40,620 nucleotides of DNA from an uncultured Syntrophorhabdus sp. (GTDB lineage Bacteria; Desulfobacterota; BSN033; UBA1163). The stretch is from NCBI GenBank assembly GCA_964638215.1, contig CAZXBI010000002.1, forward strand, positions 1-40,620. Reading direction: 5' to 3'. Below the pieces are notes generated by a model, which worked only from the letters and a program-made list of their open reading frames with translations, had not been told where the DNA came from and searched no databases. Of the stretch, positions 34,849 to 40,620 are shown piece by piece. Both the position numbers and the translations under genes were made by a program. Position 1 is the first letter of the stretch, and every line of letters starts with the position of its first letter.

Positions 34849-34869
34849 TTCCACGTCTAATTTTGCCCC
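34849..34869 (+). repeat. 21-nt exact direct repeat, copy A (TTCCACGTCTAATTTTGCCCC)
   Basis: Identical to 36164-36184. Both copies are followed within about 20 nt by ATTGAC (-35-like) and then a TA module. Confidence 0.9.
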
Positions 34870-34878
34870 AATAACATA

Positions 34879-34907
34879 TTGACAAGTATAAATATTATTT
34901 GTACAAT
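34879..34907 (+). promoter_or_regulatory. near-consensus sigma70 promoter of the PIN-Phd pair (leaderless geometry)
   Basis: TTGACA (34879-34884), 17-nt spacer, TACAAT (34902-34907). The ATG at 34914 is 6 nt after the -10 and has no Shine-Dalgarno. Confidence 0.5.
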
Positions 34908-34913
34908 TAAATC

Positions 34914-35303
34914 ATGGAAATTGTTTCGGATGCGAGCGTATTTTTATCAATTGCCCTTGACGAGAATGATCGTGGATGGATTATTGAAAAGACAGCCGGG
35001 TGTAGCATCATTTCTCCGGAAGTCTTGCCCTATGAGATTGGCAATGCCTTAATCGCAGTGAACAGAAAAGGGCGTCTCAACGATCGGGAAATCCTTCGGG
35101 CATTCGATATCTCACAGAAAATACCTGTTAGACTGGTGCCAGTGAAGATATCTGATGCTATGAAAATTGCTGTTCGGTTCAATATCTATGCATATGATGC
35201 TTATTATGTGCAGTGTTGTATTGAAAACAAATTGCCGCTTATCAGCCTTGATAACCGCATGCGTGACGTGGCAATAAATCTTGGGATAAAGGTGGTGGAA
35301 TGA
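34914..35303 (+). CDS. vapC: PIN-domain toxin (VapC-like)
   Basis: 129 aa. Acidic residues are in the expected positions (SDASV near the N-terminus, PEVLPYE, YDAYY, SLDNRM). Confidence 0.8.
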   Translation: MEIVSDASVFLSIALDENDRGWIIEKTAGCSIISPEVLPYEIGNALIAVNRKGRLNDREILRAFDISQKIPVRLVPVKISDAMKIAVRFNIYAYDAYYVQCCIENKLPLISLDNRMRDVAINLGIKVVE

Positions 35304-35306
35304 TTT

Positions 35307-35528
35307 ATGAAGATATATACGTATTCTAAAGCACGGGAAAAGCTGGCGGATATTCTTGAAGAGTCAAAGAAAGAAGAAGTTGTAATTCGTCGTCGTAAGG
35401 GTGATATGTTTTCCATTGTCCCTAAATCTCAGCGTATACGGTCTCCATTTGATGTTCCGGGCTTGAGCAAAAAGATTACTCGAAAGGAAATATTAGAAGC
35501 ATTACGCGAATCCAGAAAACAGGCCTAA
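35307..35528 (+). CDS. Phd/YefM-family antitoxin
   Basis: 73 aa. MKIYTYSKAREKLADILEESKKEEVVIRRRKGDMFSIVP is the classic Phd/YefM N-terminal fold signature. Starts 3 nt after the PIN gene stop. Confidence 0.8.
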   Translation: MKIYTYSKAREKLADILEESKKEEVVIRRRKGDMFSIVPKSQRIRSPFDVPGLSKKITRKEILEALRESRKQA

Positions 35529-35675
35529 ATCACTCCAGCAGATGAGAAATTAGGGACGGGTTCCTATTTCCTACCGGATTTTCTTCCAATAGTTTCAGTG
35601 AGAGAAAATGATCATTTCTTATTTCCGAGTTAGCAGGAGGAGCGCTTTTTAAAAAATGAATTTTCTACAGACTCG

Positions 35676-36101
35676 TTGGCTGAGAATAAAATGAAAACAA
35701 AAGTGACCGAGGTCTGTGCAATCTGTGGTTGTTTGCTTCACCGGACCAAGAACACTTATGCAACTCCGACTGCTGAAGGTCGATCACATGCGTCAACACA
35801 TCATTATCTTCCAGAAAGGTTCTTTGGGCGGTCAAAGAATCGTAGAGGTACGCAAAGACAAAAAATATTCGAGAGCTACCCTTGGGCTCATGAAGGTGAA
35901 ACTGCTACCTTATGTTATGACTGCCACGAGGAATTGCTCCACAATCCAGTGCTCCTACCTGAAGACATCAAACGATTCGCGGACATCGTTCGGAGCAAAG
36001 GACTTTCTGAAGATACAAAGACCGAGTCGCGAGAGAAGATTGCTGGAAGAATCAAATTGTTTCACGAAGTCATCCACCGTGGACTTGAAGAAATAGATTA
36101 A
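35676..36101 (+). CDS. stand-alone HNH-like zinc-finger nuclease candidate
   Basis: 141 aa (136 aa from ATG 35691). Pattern CAICGC ... THHYLPERFFG ... LCYDCHEELLHN matches CxxC ... HH..P ... CxxCH...H(N) of HNH endonucleases. Neither start has a convincing Shine-Dalgarno. Confidence 0.5.
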   Translation: MAENKMKTKVTEVCAICGCLLHRTKNTYATPTAEGRSHASTHHYLPERFFGRSKNRRGTQRQKIFESYPWAHEGETATLCYDCHEELLHNPVLLPEDIKRFADIVRSKGLSEDTKTESREKIAGRIKLFHEVIHRGLEEID

Positions 36102-36163
36102 GGAGAACAGCCAAGCGGCTCTACAGGATCGCCGACAAATCCGGCTCCCGATGAGATTTCCCG

Positions 36164-36184
36164 TTCCACGTCTAATTTTGCCCC
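36164..36184 (+). repeat. 21-nt exact direct repeat, copy B (TTCCACGTCTAATTTTGCCCC)
   Basis: Identical to 34849-34869. Followed by TTGACT (36187-36192), 17-nt spacer, CATAAT (36210-36215) and the dyad ATTGT-GAT-ACAAT (36214-36226). Confidence 0.9.
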
Positions 36185-36244
36185 TATTGACTTTTCGTAT
36201 GCTCACGTACATAATTGTGATACAATAGCATCAGGAGGCGCTTC

Positions 36245-36463
36245 ATGACTACAGCAGTATCAATTAGGCTTCCCAAACCCCTTGCGGATCAATTAGAAAG
36301 CATAGCCAAGGAAACTGAAAGACCACGGTCGTTCATCATCCAAAAAGCTCTGGAGTCCTACATAGAAGACTACGCGGATCTCCAGGTGGCATTGGACCGA
36401 CTCCATGATAAAACAGACCCGGTTATTTCAGGCAAAGATTTGAGGAAGTCCCTTGGCCTATAA
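36245..36463 (+). CDS. RHH (CopG/RelB-like) antitoxin
   Basis: 72 aa. VSIRLPKPLADQLESIAKETERPRSFIIQKALESYIED is a ribbon-helix-helix signature. AGGAGG at 36233-36238. Confidence 0.8.
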   Translation: MTTAVSIRLPKPLADQLESIAKETERPRSFIIQKALESYIEDYADLQVALDRLHDKTDPVISGKDLRKSLGL

Positions 36464-36713
36464 TATCGTTTACAAGAAGTCAGTCCAGCGAGATCTGAAG
36501 AGACTTTCCAAGGCCGAATCTCAACGCGTTCTAAATCGAATTGAGGAAGAACTTTCAGAGAATGCTGATACCTATCCAGTTCTCAAGGGGCCGTTCACAG
36601 GTCTGCGAAAATATCGCATCGGAGACTACAGGGTAATCTATGCTATTTTAGGAGATGATGTCCTTGTGCTCAGAATCGGTCACAGGAAAGAAGTCTATAA
36701 GAAAAAAATTTAA
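36453..36713 (+). CDS. RelE/ParE-family toxin
   Basis: 86 aa. TTG start overlapping the antitoxin gene by 11 nt. Motifs KKSVQRDLKRL, LRKYRIGDYRVIY.I..D.VLVLRIGHRKEVY. Confidence 0.85.
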   Translation: MAYNIVYKKSVQRDLKRLSKAESQRVLNRIEEELSENADTYPVLKGPFTGLRKYRIGDYRVIYAILGDDVLVLRIGHRKEVYKKKI

Positions 36714-36764
36714 CAAGTTGCTCAAGAGAGGTGCGGCAGAAAGCCACCTCGCCCCTTTTTCGGT

Positions 36765-37859
36765 TCAGAATCTTCTTTCCCTTAAAATCTGCTCATGCAA
36801 TTTTTTAAAGTCTTTGGGTGGCAGGGCGTCTGTCTTTCTCACCAGTTTTACCGCTGAGGTGGGACAGGGGACAGCACAGACCCCGCAGCCGATGCACCAT
36901 TCTTTATCCACTACAGGGAAATCGCCTTCCATCCGGATCACATTGACAGGACAAATATCAACACACGCACCGCATCCAGTGCATCGTTCCTGATCCGTCT
37001 CCCTGAGAAAGTAGGTGGCCATCAGGACATCCCTCGGGATCTTCTTTCTGCGGATCGTCCCCACGGACCAGCAACAACAGCCGCAGCAGTTGCAAGTGTG
37101 TTTGATGCCCTCGCGTGCATTGTCAACCATGTGAACCAGACCTGCCTCCTCTGATTTCCGGATGATATCAAGGGCCTCCTGTTTTGTGATCTCTTTTCCG
37201 ATGCCCTTATCAATCAGATATTCCGCCAGCTCGTCATACTTGATACAGTTTTCGAGTGAATGATCACAGCGTTTTTTACCAATCAGATGGGCGGTCGCCC
37301 GGCAGGGGCAGTGGACCAGGGCAATCACTTTGACTTTCTTAATGACTTCTTCCATCATTTCAAAAGGGAATACGGCATGACTCTCTGGCTCAAAAGATGG
37401 AGTGGCAGGGAGATAACGAAAGGCCTTTGTTTTGGTGTCTCCATACACCTCTTTGAGTTGTTCTTTTCCAGAATATTTGACGACCAACTCAGCCATCTTT
37501 TTCGCATTCGGCGTGTTCACACCTCTCCAGAAAAAAGTCTGAGGGAAACCATATCCGAATTGTTGGAGGGCATATCCCATCTCTCCATCCTTGATCCGTT
37601 TAGAATAGAGAAGGCCCCTCTGAGCCAGATTGGATAGGATCTGCTCCAATTCATCTTGTGGGATGCTCAGGTGAGGTGCGATCTTTGACACGGGAGCAGG
37701 CTCAAAAGGGATCGTTTTTGTGGGAATTGCCAATGCTACCTCAGCCTCCTGGGGGGTGAAGTTCTCCCTGAGGATTTCAAGAAGTTCCTCTTTCTCAGGA
37801 TACCCCATACCCAATGACGACAGATGTTTTGCAAGTTTACGATAGATGCTTTCGCTCAT
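36765..37859 (-). CDS. Cys-rich 4Fe-4S dicluster-domain protein
   Basis: 364 aa. Two ferredoxin motifs CTGCGACVDICP and CIGCGVCAVPCP, plus CPCRATAHLIGKKRCDHSLENC and the unusual run CNCCGCCCW. Strong AGGAGG Shine-Dalgarno (reverse complement of 37865-37870). Confidence 0.75.
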   Translation of the reverse strand: MSESIYRKLAKHLSSLGMGYPEKEELLEILRENFTPQEAEVALAIPTKTIPFEPAPVSKIAPHLSIPQDELEQILSNLAQRGLLYSKRIKDGEMGYALQQFGYGFPQTFFWRGVNTPNAKKMAELVVKYSGKEQLKEVYGDTKTKAFRYLPATPSFEPESHAVFPFEMMEEVIKKVKVIALVHCPCRATAHLIGKKRCDHSLENCIKYDELAEYLIDKGIGKEITKQEALDIIRKSEEAGLVHMVDNAREGIKHTCNCCGCCCWSVGTIRRKKIPRDVLMATYFLRETDQERCTGCGACVDICPVNVIRMEGDFPVVDKEWCIGCGVCAVPCPTSAVKLVRKTDALPPKDFKKLHEQILRERRF

Positions 37860-37971
37860 TGTTTCCTCCTAAAAACGCATAGCGCTCAGCGCATAGCGCA
37901 TGGCGTCTAACCATGATTTGTATTGATCATTGCGAATTGCTCATTGCCAATTGATAACTGATCATTTGAAA

Positions 37972-40530
37972 TTATTCCATCCTCAATGATTCTACCGGAT
38001 TTGTCCTGGCGGCCCTGCGGGCAGGGATAAAGCCTGCGATCAGAGAGGCAACCATCACCATCGCCCAGAACTCTACCAATCTCATCACAGGGATGGTGAA
38101 CTGGATGGTCCATCCAAAGGACTGCTTATTGATCACATAGATGAGGAGGAGGGAGAGTAAGAAGCCACAGAGGAGGCCGAGGATGAGGCTGAAGAAGCCG
38201 ATCAATCCTGCCTCGATCAGAATGATCTTCTGAATCTGACTCCGAAGTCCGCCAATTGACCTGAGGATTCCTATATCTCTCTGCCTTTCGATCACCAGTC
38301 CGTTTAATGAGTTGATGATTCCAAGGATCGCTACGAAGATAGCGATCAATTCGAGGGCATAGGTGATGGCAAAGGTCTGGTCGAAGACCTTAAGAATCTC
38401 ATGTCGCAACTCACGATGAGAGACCACAAAGAGTTGATAGGGTTTTGAGAATCTCTCGCGGATCATCTCTTTAAACGAGTCGAGAGAGGCTCCTTCCTTC
38501 AGATAGATTCCAGCGCTATGGAAGGTCTCGTCATTCCAGAGGGACTGAAAGAGGTTCCTTTCCATCAAAATCATTCCCCAGTCGGTTGAGTAATCGTAGA
38601 AGACGCCGGAGATTAAAAAATCTCTTTCCCCCTGCGGGGTGTTGATTTTGATTCGGTCCCCTGCATCGACCTGATGCCGGAGCGAGAAGCTTTCTGTCAC
38701 CAGAACGGATTGGCCTGAGGCAAACCGGCTGAGGATCGTTTTGGAGTCACCACGGGTGAAACGGATCACCTTCATATCGAGGAAGACCTCTCCATTCACA
38801 GAGGCGATCAGGGCGGGCTGGCCCCGATATTCCACTTCCAGGGCCCTGAAGGAATCAACGGCTTTGACTCCGGGAAGGGAAGGGAGAGCCTTTGAGACCT
38901 CGAGGGGAAGGAGTGCAGAGTAACCGGTCAGGGAATAGGAGCCCGGAAAGATGAAGACATCGCCGTTAAGCGACTGCTCCACCCAGAGATCAACGGTCTT
39001 TCTGAAGCTGAGGATCATGATGGAGATGCTGATGAGCATGGCGAGGGCGGTCATCAATGCGGCGATCGTGATCATTGTTCTTGCCAGGGAGTCTCTGAGG
39101 TACCGGTTGGCAAGCCTCCCCTCCACACCGAACAGGAGATGAAGAACGGGCGAAAGAAGACGGCTGAGCAGGAGGGTGATGGAAGGGATCAGAAAAGATA
39201 TCCCGATGACGATGAGGAGGGCGGCGAGAAAACCGAAGACAGGTTTCTGATCAAGAGGCTTTTGAAGAGCGAAGATCAGCGAGAGAATGAGAAGACTGAG
39301 ACCGATGAAGCTGAGGAGGTTGAGGCGAATCTTCACCTTTCTTTCAAGAGTTCCGAGAGAGAGGGCTTCTTTGGGCGCAATCTCGGATGCCTCTTTCGCA
39401 GGGCCGATCGAAGAGAAGATCGAGGCGAGACATCCCAGCAGCCATCCTGCGATGAGAAGGAAGGGGGAGATGATCAGGTCTTCTGTCCTCACCAGAATAT
39501 AGAGTGAGGTGATGGTCCTTGAGACGAAGTAGAGCATCACTTTTGCCAGACCGATTCCCACTCCTATCCCGATGAGACTCCCTAACCCTCCAATCAGCCC
39601 AGCCTCGCATAAGAAGAGGCTAAGGATCTGTGACCGGGTGGCGCCGATGGACCGGAGAATTCCGATCTCCCGCCTCCTCTGGATGACAGAGATGGAGATG
39701 GCGTTGTAAATGAGAAACATTCCTACGACCAGAGAAATGAAGCTGAGGGCCGTCAGGTTGAGATGGAAAGCGGAGACCATCTTTTCGATCTGGCCGCTCC
39801 GGGTATCGGAACGCCGGACTTCGGTTCCCGGGGGAATGACTTTTCTCAACTCTTTCTCCACCTCTTCGAAAGAGATTGATGGATCCACCAGCAGATCGAT
39901 CCGGTCAATGAGCCCCACCTTCTCCAGCGCCTCCTGAGCGGCGGCAATATCCATGAGGCCAAAATTTCCCTCAAGAGATTTTGCGGGCCCTTCCATCTTC
40001 AGAAGGTGTGTAATATTGAGGGTGGCCTTTTTTGAACCGAAGATGACAGGCAAAGCGTCTCCCTTCTTCAATCCATGCCGGTGGGCCAGCTTCTCTGTGA
40101 TGGCAATGGCTTGGGGATCTTTTAGAAATCGGAGATCTTCTTCCGAGGATCCATAGAATTGATAATCCCTGAATGGCTGATCGCTGAAGATATCAATTCC
40201 AAGAAGGTAAAGAGGCTCCCCAACAGGTTCGTCGATCTTTGAGATGAACTGGATGACGGGTGTAGCCGCCTTTATTCCAACCACTGTTTTGACCTTAAGG
40301 TAAACCTCTTCGGGAAATCCCCTTCCGGAGGAGGTGACCTGGAGCTGGGCCTTTCCTGAAACGTGGTCCACGGTGGCATTGAAGGCTTCGATAGCGGTGT
40401 GGATGGCCATCTGAACGCTGACAAAGACGCTGACACCGAGGCAGATTCCAATGACGGAGAGGAAGGTCCGCCCTTTATTGAGGCGGAGGTGTTGAAGAGT
40501 GATGGTTTTAAGTAGGTAAAATAGAACCAT
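37972..40530 (-). CDS. ABC transporter permease with two FtsX domains (MacB/YbbP-like)
   Basis: 852 aa. Two copies of the ...RRREIGILRSIGA / RQRDIGILRSIGG cytoplasmic loop motif, each followed by transmembrane helices, with large extracytoplasmic segments. Confidence 0.85.
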   Translation of the reverse strand: MVLFYLLKTITLQHLRLNKGRTFLSVIGICLGVSVFVSVQMAIHTAIEAFNATVDHVSGKAQLQVTSSGRGFPEEVYLKVKTVVGIKAATPVIQFISKIDEPVGEPLYLLGIDIFSDQPFRDYQFYGSSEEDLRFLKDPQAIAITEKLAHRHGLKKGDALPVIFGSKKATLNITHLLKMEGPAKSLEGNFGLMDIAAAQEALEKVGLIDRIDLLVDPSISFEEVEKELRKVIPPGTEVRRSDTRSGQIEKMVSAFHLNLTALSFISLVVGMFLIYNAISISVIQRRREIGILRSIGATRSQILSLFLCEAGLIGGLGSLIGIGVGIGLAKVMLYFVSRTITSLYILVRTEDLIISPFLLIAGWLLGCLASIFSSIGPAKEASEIAPKEALSLGTLERKVKIRLNLLSFIGLSLLILSLIFALQKPLDQKPVFGFLAALLIVIGISFLIPSITLLLSRLLSPVLHLLFGVEGRLANRYLRDSLARTMITIAALMTALAMLISISIMILSFRKTVDLWVEQSLNGDVFIFPGSYSLTGYSALLPLEVSKALPSLPGVKAVDSFRALEVEYRGQPALIASVNGEVFLDMKVIRFTRGDSKTILSRFASGQSVLVTESFSLRHQVDAGDRIKINTPQGERDFLISGVFYDYSTDWGMILMERNLFQSLWNDETFHSAGIYLKEGASLDSFKEMIRERFSKPYQLFVVSHRELRHEILKVFDQTFAITYALELIAIFVAILGIINSLNGLVIERQRDIGILRSIGGLRSQIQKIILIEAGLIGFFSLILGLLCGFLLSLLLIYVINKQSFGWTIQFTIPVMRLVEFWAMVMVASLIAGFIPARRAARTNPVESLRME

Positions 40531-40620
40531 CCATCAAACCTGAAATTCGAAATTCGAATATCGAAATGGATCGAGTTATAGCCACCCTATATAAGTTTGC
40601 CATCACTCATTCTGAGGACC

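Noticed and set aside
35716-36096. 126-aa ORF in an alternative frame overlapping the HNH-like ORF.
   Set aside because: It lies entirely inside 35676..36101, which carries the Cys/His nuclease motif. The alternative frame has no motif.
33131-36720. Annotating the TA/nuclease islet as a mobile element, prophage remnant or integron cassette array.
   Set aside because: No integrase, transposase, terminal inverted repeats, tRNA target or recognisable attC sites were found. It is reported only as a finding, not as a mobile_element feature.
40603-40620. Possible 3' end of an upstream minus-strand gene (reverse complement reads ...GPQNE-stop), perhaps the ABC ATPase partner of the FtsX permease.
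   Set aside because: Only five codons lie inside the window, which is far too little to support a call.

Overview
This 40.6-kb window comes from a moderately AT-rich bacterium. The oxygen-sensitive enzyme families it encodes suggest an anaerobe (inference). All family calls rest on motif recognition by eye; no database search was possible.

Layout:
(i) 0.85-29.2 kb is one almost uninterrupted plus-strand array. It starts with a LUD-domain gene and a Liv-type ABC importer (2 ATPases, 2 permeases, binding protein) that has an acyl-CoA synthetase gene embedded in it. A LEA_2-like lipoprotein, a 3-hydroxyacyl-CoA dehydrogenase and two tandem PaaK-like CoA ligases follow. Then comes a TetR-headed block with a MeaB G-protein chaperone, two crotonase-fold proteins, a PNPOx-like protein, a thiolase and an acyl-CoA dehydrogenase. 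This block also carries TWO different adenosylcobalamin acyl-CoA mutases (each with a large and a B12-binding small subunit), a corrinoid adenosyltransferase, and a four-gene HgdAB/BcrBC-type Fe-S radical enzyme with two distinct activase-type ATPases.
(ii) 29.2-29.5 kb holds the decayed remnant of a second LUD gene.
(iii) 29.6-32.9 kb, minus strand: an NDP-forming acyl-CoA synthetase and an AttH/CrtC-like protein.
(iv) 33.1-36.7 kb is a plus-strand islet of three type II toxin-antitoxin pairs interleaved with two stand-alone nuclease-like genes, one of them compositionally foreign. An exact 21-nt repeat marks two module boundaries.
(v) 36.8-40.5 kb, minus strand: a Cys-rich 4Fe-4S protein and a double-FtsX ABC permease.

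No rRNA, tRNA, CRISPR array, integrase or transposase was seen. Several families of GC-rich palindromic intergenic repeats punctuate operon boundaries.

The best candidate for an undescribed system is the TetR-headed radical-enzyme CoA-ester cluster (13.5-29.2 kb). I know of no characterised pathway that combines two non-canonical B12 mutases with a two-ATPase HgdAB/BCR-like enzyme.
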